From Calcarisporiella thermophila CBS 279.70 (lineage: Eukaryota > Fungi > Calcarisporiellomycota), in the NCBI RefSeq assembly GCF_041956535.1, contig NW_027192204.1, positions 71,069-135,068 of the forward strand: a DNA stretch of 64,000 bases, in the 5' to 3' direction. A program made the position numbers and the translations under genes. Under the pieces are notes generated by a model. It was not told where the DNA came from. It saw nothing but the letters and a program-made list of their open reading frames with translations, and ran no database searches. Below, piece after piece: positions 37,300 to 49,899 of the stretch. Each line of letters opens with the position of its first letter. Position 1 is the stretch's first letter.

Positions 37300-37302
<3 letters not shown>

Positions 37303-37303
<1 letters not shown>

Positions 37304-38332
37304 TGCCCAACATCTTACGCGCCGCAGTAGTTCAAACCTCCTCCGTCTATTTCAACACCCCCAAGACGCTCGCCAGACTTGCTTCTTTGGCCGCAGAGGC
37401 GAAGTCGAAGGGCGCGCAACTAGTCGTCTTCCCCGAGGGGTTCATTGGCGGCTATCCCCGCGGGTCCATATTCGGAACCTATCTCGGGAATCGTCAAGAA
37501 TCTGGACGCGATGAGTTCAAGCGCTACTTCAATGCCGCGATTGCGGTGCCTGGCCCTGAAATCAAGGAATTGGAGAGGATTGCTAGCGAAAATAACCTGT
37601 TCCTGGTGGTCGGGGTGATTGAGAGGGGAGGAAGTACGCTCTACTGCACCATTGTGTACGTGGATCCGGTCGATGGGTATCTTGCCAAACATCGCAAGGT
37701 ACGATTGCGCAAATATAGGCCAACCTGCTAGGTGTGCTAATGCTTCTCTCTCCCTCTCTCCATAGCTGATGCCAACCGCCACAGAGCGGATCCTATGGGG
37801 CATGGGGGACGGCTCGACCATGCCCGTCCTCGAAATCGAGTTCATCAAGGAGCAAGCGCATCCGGTGACTGCCAAAATTGGCGGCGCCATCTGCTGGGAG
37901 AACTACATGCCCCTTCTCCGGTACTTCTTGTACTCAAAGGGAACGCAAATCTACTGTGCTCCCACCGCGGACGGGCGCGACCGCTGGGTGCAGAGCATGC
38001 AGCACATTGCCACCGAGGGCCGCTGCTTCGTTCTCGGCTGCAATCAGTTCAACCGTCAGTCCGACTTTCCCGAAGACCACCCGATCATCGACGGCGACCC
38101 ACACAACCCCGATCATATCATGTCCTCGGGGGGTAGCGTGATTGTTTCGCCGCTGGGCGAAATCCTGGCGGGTCCCCTGCGTGGCGAGCAAGGGATCCTG
38201 GTGGCCGACCTGGACCTTGACGAGATCGTTCGGGCCAAGTTCGAGTTCGACGTGGTTGGGCACTACTCGCGACCAGACGTGTTCACGCTCGAGGTCAATG
38301 AGAAGCCCCACGAGAATGTTCGGTCGAAATGA
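37303..38332 (+). CDS. Nitrilase (carbon-nitrogen hydrolase, Nit1-type)
   Basis: Catalytic E-K-C triad in [14 protein letters not shown]|LMPT and ICWENYMP; GHYSRPDVF; intron 37699-37765. Confidence 0.93.
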
Positions 38333-38735
38333 CCATCGCGCCGCCCTCCCCCCCATCAGCGAAGGGGAGGAGCAGTCTGCGGCTCCGCCACCCCCTTTCT
38401 CCCTGTCTTGTTGCCGGATTTATCGCCTCTTTCGTCATGCATTCTATTTTGTGGCTGAAGGATTTTTTCGATTCGAAAGTGTGAAATTATGGTCGATTCT
38501 TGAGCATTTTTTCTTGTTTGCGAAATTGAAAATCCCCTTCCCCGCGCTAAGGTTGTGTCTAGTCATTCACGATTGGGCTTGTTATCTTATACAATAAATA
38601 TAATCTGCCTCCATTTTCTCGTGCTCCACCACGACCCTCATCCACCGGAAACTTCATCCCTCTTCTCTTTGCAGAATCGGAGGTGAGGTTGCCCGGGACT
38701 GATCCTCAACCCATTGATAAAGCCAAGGAAGAGCT

Positions 38736-41700
38736 ATGGATGAGGACGAAACTCTCCCCCCCGATGACGCTTCATCCGCTGGATTACTCCCCCCGGCAAT
38801 AGCTCCGCCGGCCTTATACCCTTCACCTGATGCCGCCCTTTCCTTGCCCTCTCCACCCGGCACATCGCCCTCGACCCCCACATCCCTCGGAGGTAATGAG
38901 GGCGATGTCTGTTCATCCTGCCTCGCCCTAGGTACAAAGAAGCGCAAACCCCCCGGCGAGAAGGGCGCAATAGACACTCCGCTTATAACCCCGATTTCAT
39001 CGTCATCGCCTTCATTCTCCCCCTCCATGTCGCAACCGTCGGATACCCCAATGTCGCATCCATTATCATCCACTAATCACAGCAACCTCAAACGAGCACA
39101 CGAGTTCAAACTATTTAATACACGAAACCATAGAAGGATATCACGTACAAAATTGGTAGCCACTCTGCTCATCCTTGCCGCCGGGACCCTCGCTCTACTC
39201 GCCGTGATCCTCGACTCCTTCCTGCACCATCTTCGCGATCGGGAAGGATGCGCATCCTCCTATATGCGTCCGAGATACATACGACAGGCAGAGTTCGACA
39301 GCGAGCGGACGCGATTCGCGGGGAAATATACACTGTATTTATATCGTGAAAGTGGGTACGATGTGGGGGATGAGGTAGGGGCTTTTCGCTTTGCAATTTC
39401 TTTCTTTACCCATGTATACATATGCGTGTCCATTTTGGTTGGTAGCCTTCGGGGATCCCTGTTTTATTTATTCCGGGAAACGCTGGCAGCTACAAGCAGA
39501 TGCGTTCCATTGCTGCGGAAGCCGCCATCCATTTTTTCCAGTTGGCGGGAGAGCATAAGGAGGCTCAGGAGAGTGAGCTCCTGAACCTGGACTTTTTCAC
39601 GGGTGAGCCTACTTAAATCTTCCATAGGAATGAATACCGGTCTCAACGCCCTTCTTTTCCCTTTAGTGGATTTCAACGAGGAGCTGACGGCGTTCCACGG
39701 GAACTCGCTTTTGGAACAGGCAGAATACCTAAATGACGCGATCCAATACATCCTCACGCAATACCCCCAGGGTCGCAGAGCCAGCTTGGCGAATCGCGTG
39801 CTACCCGACCCGACCTCCGTCATTGTTGTGGGGCATTCGATGGGGGGGGTGGTTGCGCGCACCATGTTCATCATGCCCAATTTCCAGCCGGGCACGATCA
39901 ACACGCTGCTCACGTTTGCCACCCCGCATCTCCTCCCGCCCGTCACCTTCGACCCCGTCATATCCAAGATATACGCCGAGATCACGCAGTTCTGGCGGAG
40001 AGGATACGAAACGGGCCGCCTTTCGGAGGTGGTGGTGGTGTCGGTGGTGAGCGGGCGGCTGGACGAGATCGTCTCTTCGGACACAGCCAACCTCAATTCG
40101 ATCGTGCCTCCCACCCATGGCTTCACCGTGTTCACCTCGGGAGTGCCCAACGTATGGTTGAGCACGGATCATCTGTGCATCCTGTGGTGCAACCAGCTAG
40201 TGCGTGTGGTGGCCAAGGCATTGCTGGACATTTCCGATGCACGCCTCTCGGGCCAAACGAAGCCGGTCGCAGAGAGGGTGGAAATACTTCGAAAGGCGCT
40301 GGTGGATGGACTCGAGGAGGGCTTCAAGCCACCCGAGAGAGCCGGTCATCTCGGTAGGAAGAGGATGTGTTTCGTCGGTGGTAGATCGGCAACTAACCGA
40401 ATTTTCTCTCCTTAGATCGAGCCCGTACCCTGGTCGATTTAAACAAGCTGAGGTACACGCTGGCATCCCCACCCTCCTTCGCAAAAAACCTCTCCACCCC
40501 TCGGGCCACGTTGGACCCGGAATCCCATCTCATCCCAATCCCCTCCACGACCCTCAACTCTTTCTCCCTCTTGACGGATCAGCCGCTTGGCTCGAGGTTC
40601 GACGTCCTCTTGTGTGAAGCCATGGACGCTCTCCTGCCTCTAGATCGCCTCCTCTGTGTATCCGTATCCGCGCATGCGATCCCTGTCCCAGCCTCCTCCG
40701 CACGCGAAGAAGTGGCCTTCTCGGGACGAACTTTCCAGCTGGTTGAGATGAGTACAGGAGAGATGCACGACTTTCAGTATGTGGTCTGGATGGATCGGGG
40801 CGGCCCTGAGAGCGTGTCCGGGTTTGTCGTGGCGGAATTTTTCAACTCGGAGGAGAACTCCGTCGTGGACGCGTCCAGCATCAAAGGTATTTTGGAGTCT
40901 CATTTGTATTTGTTAATTTTCCACGGCCCGTAGTAACCTTGGATTCATTTTTCCCTCCACTCTTGCAGACATCCTCACGAGGGGACTCCACGTCGGAAAA
41001 TTTGAGGGGCGCCCGATTTTATCCGCTACTGTCCAAATGCCTGCCCTCGAAGGCGGTCTCCTTGCGTATCGCCTCTCGGTCTCTCAGCATGGTTGCCCGC
41101 CTGATCGTGCTCTTTTCACGCCCCTGGTTCGCCAGTCCATCCCCACCATGCATGAGGTGAAGTACCACGTTAATGTGTCGGAGGTGGATCTCTTGTTTCA
41201 CGGGCCGGCGCCCTACTCCACCTCGCTCCTCGCAAGCTCGGATAAGCGAGGGCTGAAGCTGCGCATTTGGGCAGACCCATCCTGCCCGGGGGGGCTAGAC
41301 GTCCGGGTGAGGCTGAACCTCTACGGGAGCTTGGGTAGGTTGGTCATGCCGTATAGATTGGTGCTCGCCACCTATCCCATGATAATCGTGCTGCTGGTGT
41401 TGCGATGGCTGCTGCGTTCCTATCAGCGCGGAGCGGGGTTCCCGCATTTTGGCGAGGGGATTTATCACGTCCTCAAAAAAACCCTTCCCCTGCTGATCCT
41501 GGTCACTTCTGCCCTCGCCCTGTATCAGGTGTGGCGGCCCTACACGCCCTCGCCCATTAGTGCGCCCCCGCTGTGGCCAGAGACTGCGCACCTGCGCCCT
41601 GCGCTCCACGCGGCGTCTGCCTCCGTCTCGATCCCCCCGCCCTCGTCCCTGCTGAAGCTTCGCAAATTTTCAACCTTTCCGTTCCCCGTCGACGCCTCCA

Positions 41701-42548
41701 TCCACCTCCGTCTGCCCTTGCTCGTGAACTCCGGCCGAGCCTTCTTCGGGACCGAAGAGCTTCTGCTTGGCAACACCGACCCGCTCTTTTGGTGGCTGCC
41801 TGGCTTTTTTCTCTTGATCGCTGCGGGCATCACGGTCGTGCTCTGGGCGGTGGTCGGGGGGCTCCTGCGGCTGGCGGTGCAACTGATGGTGGGGCTAGAG
41901 CTCCTGGGCCTCCCGCCGGTTTGTACACGACTGCGAGCGTCCCCCGGATCGAATGTGGATCGGTTCCAACGCCGACTCGTTGCCACGGTGGTGCTCTTCG
42001 TCCTCGTCGCCACTCTCTTTCCGCACCAGTTTGCCTTTGTGGTGGGGCTCCTCGTTGAAGTGGTCTCGTGCATCCGTGCGGGCATCCAGGCCCACGTCGC
42101 CCCTCATCCCGCGGATCGCCAACGCCACCGCAACCGGTTCCATTACCTGGAGGCGGTGCTCGTCCTGTTGATCGCCATGCTCCCGTTCAATCTGACCGTG
42201 CTCATGGTTTGGATACGCAACCTCTCGGTGCTCTGGCTCGTGCCCTTCTCCTCGGACCACAACCTGCTCTCGGTGGCCCCCGTACTCTTCCACGCGGAGT
42301 TGATGGCCAGCGACAGCGACTGCATGTTTGAGGAGCTGGGGGGGTGGCGGACGCGGTTGCTGATGGAGGCCCTGTGGGCCATCGGGTGTGTCTCGGGGGT
42401 GGTGTTTGGAGTTCGCTATGCGTGGTGGGTGAACTGGGTGAGCGTGGGTGGCGTGCTGTGGTTGTGCTGGCTACACCTTCGGAAGGAGACCCGGGAGATG
42501 AATGGCCGCATCAACGAGTGGGTGAAGCGACGGCGGAAGCGGTCCTGA
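38736..42548 (+). CDS. BST1: GPI inositol deacylase (PGAP1/Bst1)
   Basis: N-terminal TM, LFIPGNAGSYKQMRS, DFNEE, GHSMGG nucleophile, DHLCILWCNQ, and a multi-TM C-terminus with FSSDHN. Confidence 0.93.
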
Positions 42549-43090
42549 GAGGTTTGAGAACGCGGGGCGCCCGCTAATGTGCCTTGGCCCGATGGAGAGA
42601 GCCAAGTATAGACTCACGCTTTGCTTTTTTTTTTAAGATTCCTCCTGTTTTCTTATTTTCTTGTGCTTGTCTCCTGTTTGTTTACCTCTTTCTTTTTAAT
42701 GTGTAAATTTTTTTATGTTTTTCAGCCATCTTTTGTTTTTTTTTCTCCTTGTCGCTTTTTCTACCCTCCACCTGTAATATTCATCTACGATGGTTTAATG
42801 GATGGACCATTTGACGCTCCCTCGTACAAGCAGACGCAAACTCCTCTTCATTATGCCACGGGAAATAGAATCAAATAATAGTACAATATTTGTCGACTGA
42901 AAAGGGAAAGCAGATAATAAAAAGAAAAAGCAAAATAAAAACATAAACATGTCGCGCATCAATGCAAGAGAGAATAGCGGAGCGAAGGGGGAGAGAGGGA
43001 AAGGGCGGAATAGAGGAGGGGGAGAGGGAGGAGGAGGAGCAAAACAGCATATAGAATAGAAAATAAAGCAAAAGAAAACAATTCCACCCT

Positions 43091-44047
43091 TCACATCGCC
43101 TCGTTGGATAATCTTCGCCGTCGCCGACTCCAGTCTTCGCCCCCCACCGACCCAGCGTTCTCTTCGCTCCCCGTTTCTGCCAGCGGCCTCCGCATCCCCC
43201 TCAGCATCTTGTTCTCATCCACATCTTGCTGCATCTGCGCCCGCGCCGTCAGGATCGGCTCGTACTCCTTCAGCTGGCTCTTGAAGTTTTCGCATGGATT
43301 CATGCAGAACCGCCGCGCCTGCACCATCTCAAAGGCCTCCTCGTAGCCCAGCCCAAGGGTCTCCATTATATAAGCAATCACAAATGTGGGTGCGCTTGAG
43401 ATGCCGCTGGCGCAGTAGACCAGCACCTTGCCGCCGGAGTGCAGGGCGGCGTCTATAAACTGCTTCGCGGTGGTAAACACTGGGATCATGTTGCGGTGCC
43501 GTGAGAGTTCGAGCTCCAGGTACGAAAAGTGCTGAGGATGAAGAGGCCGCAAGAGCTGGTGCTCCTGCTCGTCGCGGACGCAAAGGATATGGGTGATGCC
43601 GGCCTGGGTCAAGAGTGGGAGATTGCGGGATGCCGTGTAAGGGCCGAGATAGAGTCCCGACTATACAAGAGAAGAGAGCGAGAGAAGCAAAGAAAAACAA
43701 TAGGAGGTCATCAGTGGGATATTCTAGAAGCATGTTAGCGATGAATGCGCGATCGAAATGACAATTACAAGTATCTCCTGCATCTCGCGACGCATTTCAT
43801 ACCGCCATTCTAATGGAGGGGGGGTGACCCCATTCATGGTGTGCAGAGCGTTCGATACTATGGAAAATGAAGGAACTAACAAGAGTGGATGCCGGGCCCT
43901 ATGAAGCGGTTCGTAGTTTGAATTCGCGAAGAGGAAAAATGAAAGCGTCGAACTAGCGTAAAAGCCACCCTTTCGAGGAGCAGCACCTAAATTGAAACCT
44001 GCCGTCTTGTCCCAGCTGTCATTATCGTATCCAGCGGCCCCCCACAT
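43091..44047 (-). CDS. STYX-like dual-specificity (pseudo)phosphatase
   Basis: WRYEMRREMQEIL|SGLYLGPY, GITHILCVR, VLVYCASGISSA, QARRFCMNP, QLKEYEPI. Start is uncertain (44047 or 43837). Confidence 0.82.
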
Positions 44048-46036
44048 CGTTGGCCGCTCGTATAGCACAAGCTGCTGCGCAGGCCTGCCGGTGGGATAAA
44101 ACATGGGCCTTACCCTCAAGCTTCGACGCACCGTCTTCTGCAGCTGTGCCCGGCTTTGGCGAAATAGGCTGTTGTGCTGAGGTAAAACGATATCAAAGCG
44201 CGGGTTCATTTTGTGGACTTTTCCAATGGTGCCTTATTCCTGGAAATTCGCCCTGATCCCGTGAATTCTTTAGTGTCCTGGAATAGCGGTAGGGCATACT
44301 CCAGGCTCATATTGATGGCCCAATACCCTATCTCAATATCGTCTCGCCAATTGCCGAGGGTCAATAAACATTTGTTCGCCTACAGCAAGCAGCTGTTATT
44401 ATAAAAAATAGCAAACGGATTGGATTAGGAGAATGGCTGAGGATGAATGTTAGCGGCTCAAATGGGTGAAAAATAAAATACAATGCGAGCTTGGTGGCTA
44501 GCTTGAGGTAGGGGTTTGGCAACACCAGTCGCCATTACTCCAAAAAATGGACACCCTTGTGAGGGGTAATTTGGCCCCCCTCAAAGTCGGCCTGCAAATA
44601 CGAATACTAGCCGAGCTGCAGTTTGCGCGTATTTCCACGATGGAGAGCCCAGAGTGGAGCCTTCTCCCATTCCTTGCGAAGTTCCTCCCCCTGGTTACTC
44701 CAATTCGGGTGTTTCAACCAAATTCTAGGCTAGATCGAAGGATTTTAATGCTCTAGCCTAACTCGCCACCCTTCTCCAAAGCTATAAATGGAAAGTAGGA
44801 ACGCATCCAAAGCCTCAGAAAGCAGCTGTTAATACAAGCTTACTAGGTTGTTAGGAGAGAGAAACATGGCCATCCGGGCGAGAAGAGAGAGATGAATCGA
44901 GCGCGAACCATCTCCGTCCATTTACGTAAGCGTTGCCACGGTTTATCAGGCCTTGGACCACCACTTAGCCCTATTAGGCATTCATATAAGGCTCCAGGAT
45001 GGTAACGAACTCGTATGCCACCAGGTTATGGTGCATGGCAAGCCATCCATTTATTCATGGTCTTGCGGCTGTTTATTGTTTTCACCACCAACACAATAAT
45101 GCTGTTTGACTTGTGATAACACGCGAATGCCTATCCCATTTAGAGTGACATTGAATTGCGGTTTCATTCCCCTTCTGAGAACACGTGTGTGATATTATGC
45201 GACCGCAAGCATACCCCTGTCGGTCATGCCCCCTGTATTCGATCCATAACTAGCACGTTGAGCTGAGCCGGTGTTTCCTGAGTCCAAGACGCTTGCAACC
45301 AATATGGATATCTTCGTTAACATTCAATGTTAACTAACATGGAATTATATGAATTTAGATTAGCCATCCCCGATTTAATAGCTCGGGGGAATGATATGGG
45401 AGTTGTATCTCTAGATTTGGATCGAGATTGCATCTAAGATGGAGGTGGGGGGGGGGAGTGGCAAGTTTCTTGAACGTGATTTCAGAAAGGCAATGAAACC
45501 TGAATCGATGGGAAAAGGAGGCTCTCCTCCACAACGCTTTCCCATGGCATCTCAACGCAATCCCAGTTTTTAACGATTTCACTGATATGCTTCGGTAGGC
45601 GTGTAGACTAGAGCAACGGGCGGTGCCCCTGGATAGGGATGCCCCAAACGGTCCACCCCCACCCCCATTTAGGATGAATAGACCTCGACGGTCCCTCCTC
45701 GTTACTCTTTTCATAACGTATACCAGAGCCGCGGCTTTTGCCACTCTTCTTCTATCCTATTAAACCAACTCCTGAATTTATTGTGTAACTAGTAGAGAAG
45801 AAACATGGGGGTAAAGCGGGAAAGCACGCTACGAGAGGAAAATACGTGGCAGGGGATGTGAGGTAGAGTATAGAGGGGAAAATATAAGATAGGATATCCA
45901 AAAAAAAAAGTATGAGGCGAGACATTACGGACTATGAACTACATGCAAAGAGGGGGAGACAAAGGTGAAGCTATAGAAAGAAAAATAGAAAGGAATAATA
46001 ATAAAGGAACAACAATTTGAAAAGCTCAGCATGCAT

Positions 46037-46504
46037 TTACACGGATGTCATAAGGAAAACCAACGCGATGACCGCGCCGATCCACCAAGTCGCGTGCACG
46101 CTCCATGCGGTGCTATTGTACAAGCTGCCGGTCACAGACGGTGCGATGGGGGCCGCGGTTCTGGTAACCATGACCACCGCCGGCACGGTTACTGCATCAT
46201 TGGTGGAGCTCAGCGCGGTGGAGAGAGGGGCTGCCGATGAGGAGCGGGATTCGGTGGGGGTTTGCGGCTTATTCGGATTGAAGATGGAATCCACATTGGA
46301 GACAATGTTGTCGACTATGCCGGGTTTTTTGGGAGGATTATTGGGGGGATTGGTGGGGGCGGGTTGGTTGTTGGGATGGGTTTGGGGAGGATCCTTTTGA
46401 GGGCCGCCAAAGATATCATCAAGCAGGCCACGGTCGTGGAGTTGGTGTGAAGCCAGCACTAAAGAGGGGAGGAGCAAGAGAAGGAACGACACGAACAATT
46501 TCAT
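46037..46504 (-). CDS. Small secreted Pro/Ser/Thr-rich, probably GPI-anchored surface protein
   Basis: Signal peptide MKLFVSFLLLLLPSLVLA, low-complexity body, hydrophobic C-terminus. Confidence 0.7.
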   Translation of the reverse strand: MKLFVSFLLLLLPSLVLASHQLHDRGLLDDIFGGPQKDPPQTHPNNQPAPTNPPNNPPKKPGIVDNIVSNVDSIFNPNKPQTPTESRSSSAAPLSTALSSTNDAVTVPAVVMVTRTAAPIAPSVTGSLYNSTAWSVHATWWIGAVIALVFLMTSV

Positions 46505-46751
46505 CGCGATGCAAACAAATGATGCTCGTGATCAGGGGGACGCTTTAATGAGGGCAAACTGACAGATTAGAGAGGGAGGGGAAATCAAAACAAAAGGATG
46601 GAGGAAAATCGGCAATGGCTCAAGTTTTGCCAATTTGTCCCCTCACACTCGATCACTTGTTGCACAAACTAATTAAAACGAAATTTCGAACAAAGATGGA
46701 AAAACCGCATCGGCAGCTGCGCAGCCATCGAATGCGGCCGAAATGGATGGC

Positions 46752-48191
46752 TCAATTGATCCCACAAATAGTCAAGTCCCGCATCTGCTGCAGAATCCCC
46801 TCGACCCTGTGCTCCAGCGTCGGGTCCTCCGGCGGGAAATACTCGTGCAGCGTGTCCAGCTTCTCGTGCGTGTGGCGGAAGTACTTCAGCTGCGCCTTGA
46901 CCATGGCCTCGAACGACGGGTCCAGATAGGGCACGCGTATGTCCACCACCTTGGGCAGCTCGTTGGTGAGCATCATGTTGAGATGCTCGTAGATTTCGCG
47001 CGAGACGTTGGCCTCCTGCTCGGCCTAGAGGGGAGAGGGGGGGAGAGGGGGCAGAAGGGTTGGCATTGCTTATACTCCCCTCGCTCGCAAGGGCGAGAAG
47101 AAGCGTGTTTGAGAACACGGCCAAGGCCACTTACCCGAGGTAACCGCGAAGCATCCTCGCTCGTCTTGTCCACTAACTTGCGCACCCGGTTTCTCGACGC
47201 GTCATAGTCCAGCAGCTTTTTATTGCGCTTCTTGATGGCGTCATTGATCTCTGGAAAGTACGAGCAGAAACGCCCAATTGGATCGATGACCGTTTGCCGG
47301 TACGTCTGATCCTATCATGTCGAGAAGTTGCGACAATTCACATGGGGCACCCCTGGAAGGTTTGTAGGCGTATCTCAACTCACCATCTCCAGTCGGAGCA
47401 TATCCTCCAGGTTATCCATCGTCTGCTTATACCGGATGCCGCACACGCCCATCGGCGCAGACTCGTCGTAGAACTGCTGGATCGTCTCGGCGATACGCTT
47501 CTGTGTGCCAGCGACGGCTATTGAATGTCACTTGATTAGGAGGATGCACGGCGCTAAACAAAGTGAAAACTAAGCGAATACCTCTAAGCGAATCCAAGTA
47601 CCCCTTGGTCTCCTTGTATAGTTTCTCGGACTTCTGCTCCAATCTATCATGATGAGACACGATTATCAGCCCATCCGGACTACACCTGCCCTTCCCATGC
47701 CGCACGTTTCTACTTACACCCGAAATCGCCTTTCTTCCTCGTCGAACTCTTGGTCGACCTAGAATGGAAGAGCCCGGTTAGGCCATTATACCCAAGAAAG
47801 CATGCGCAGTGGCACAGCTCTTATAATAGATAAACATTGTACCGTCTTCTCCATCGCACCCGCCCGTTGCATAAGCTAGCGAGTAGTTAAGCAAATGAAA
47901 GAATGTTAGAAAAGAGGCAGTACTTGACATAATGCGCGTCAACTAATTCAAGGCCGCCTGTATTCTTCTCCGAGCCATGCGGGGAGAATGACGGCGAGCA
48001 AAAAATAACGCGATGGCCAGAGAAGAGAAAAGATGGAGATTATTTACCGAGGTCCCCGCACGGTTAAGGTTCTTCTTAAATCCAGACCTATGGGTCGGCC
48101 ATAGGAAGCCAAATGGAAATGAGGAAAACAGTTAAAATGGCATCAAGCATTTTTGCGGAATAGAAAAAAGACAAGAGACCTACCAGCTCAT
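46752..48191 (-). CDS. RVS161: BAR-domain amphiphysin Rvs161/Hob3
   Basis: MSW|SGFKKNLNRAG, KGYLDSLR, AIKKRNKKLLDYD, RVPYLDPSFEAMVKAQ; no SH3 domain; about 8 exons. Confidence 0.92.
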
Positions 48192-48508
48192 GAGTGCGTT
48201 TATTGCCGGGTAAGAAAGAGCAGGGAAGACGAGGTAAAATAACACTCGCGGTTTAAAAATGGGCTAGGGACAGACAGTTGAGGGACTGCGCCACCGTTCC
48301 TTCTCGAGTTCTTGTGCACGCTTTCAATGCAGTCCATACCCCGCTCGAATAGCCTCCTATTTCATTTCAACCAAAAAACTGTGTATGGATGCACAAGGTT
48401 AGGTGTGCCCGACTTCATTCCCCATTTTGATAAATCTATTGATGTTTATTATAAAAAAAAAACTGTACAAGATTGCGCTTATGGGCAATTGTGCCGAAGC
48501 TTGAAGTT

Positions 48509-49614
48509 CTACCCTAGATCTCCTTGCCCAAAATATTTCACAACCACCGTGATAAAGATGTTCAGCGAGGCAATACATGGATCCGTCGGCCCTTCCTAAA
48601 AATAGGTCAGTTCTCGATAAGCTCCTTCTGTCCTTGGCCATAGGTATGCGCCCAGTTATAGCCATACAAACCAGTTGACTGCGAATGGTCATACACCGTC
48701 GGCAGAGGTCGCGCAGAATAAACATTTGATCCGAGGTCATTGCCTTGTCGATTCGTAAGAGGAGGGCGTAGATCCATTGCGACTGTCATACAAACCATTG
48801 GGTGAATCGAAGTCAACTACAAGGGAAAAAACAAATCAAAGGAAGAAGAGCCTACCTGCCGCACTGAGATACTAGGCCCTATCCATTTCGTGTGATATTT
48901 TAGCAATTGCAGTGCTGTGCGCTAATATTGAAAATAAAATTGGTTTTTTCCGGGTTCCCCTTCAGAGCTTCGAATTGAACTAACCTGATCGATAGAATTA
49001 ACGGCACTCAAATGGTCGACCTTCTCCTCATTCCCTTCGGCGGATATTTCCTCATCCTTTGATAACTCCTTGGCATCGCCATAGCAAAATGCCATCCATC
49101 CTTGCTCGTCCTGGGTTTTCGGGAGTTTATGCCTCATTTTCTCATGCTTATTAGTCTTCGAGAAATGCTAGATGAAGAGATGTTAGTAGAAGCCTTCAAA
49201 GCACGGAAATCGGTTAATACCTTGCGCTGTGCTTCAAATGACTTTAAAAAGGTCTCTTGCCACTCCAAATCGGGCACCCATTTTGTAGGCACACCAGGGT
49301 TTGCAGAAGGACCAGCCGCGTAGCTCTTAGGCAATTTTCCCGGCGACGAGGATTCGGGAGGCTTTTTCTGAGCTACCACCACAGCAGGCCTTTTCCTGGC
49401 CTCCATTCTAATGGTAATTAAAGCAACAATAGATCAGTGGACTTTGGCTACGCGATTAAGTAGGGTCTGCAATCCACCTAACAAGACGAAGGTATTCCTC
49501 TCCCGTTGCGGGCGGATTTTCTGGGTTGAGATCAGCCCTTTCTGAGACGGGCAGAACGGAGCGACTGTCTAAATCGTCTTGTTCATCTTCTCCTCGGTAC
49601 AAAATCGACGACAT
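48509..49614 (-). CDS. GEMIN2: Gemin2 / SMN-interacting protein 1
   Basis: PPATGEEYLRLVR|MEARKRPAVVVA, GWMAFC, LRDLCRRC and C-terminal LNIFITVVVKYFGQGDL. Confidence 0.85.
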
Positions 49615-49899
49615 CCCTAGTGAACAGTAACCAGTCCCAACCGGTAGGCAGGCCACTTCAAATGTCTAAAGACCCAAGGTTTTCGCAGTCAAAGGTGGCT
49701 TATTGGTGACCTCATGCATTTCAAAAGCAAAAACAATCAAGACCGCTATCAATTTTCCCTCTCGCACTTAAACTAGAAGATGCGTGTCATCGAGCAGATT
49801 GCATAACCAATTCATCAAATAGCCCGTCCCTCTCGCATTCTGTAACACTCTGAGGTCCTTTTCTCCATCACAAACTTCGTACTCTGAAGGGAACGCCCT

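Noticed and set aside
36377-37514. ORFs of 278-349 aa spanning the gap
   Set aside because: Artefacts of translating Ns.
43580-43592. ATATCCTT (U12 donor-like) matches here and at ~11444, ~34331 and ~56655
   Set aside because: All lie inside coding exons or UTR/intergenic DNA; the introns I rebuilt are GT-AG with U2-type signals.
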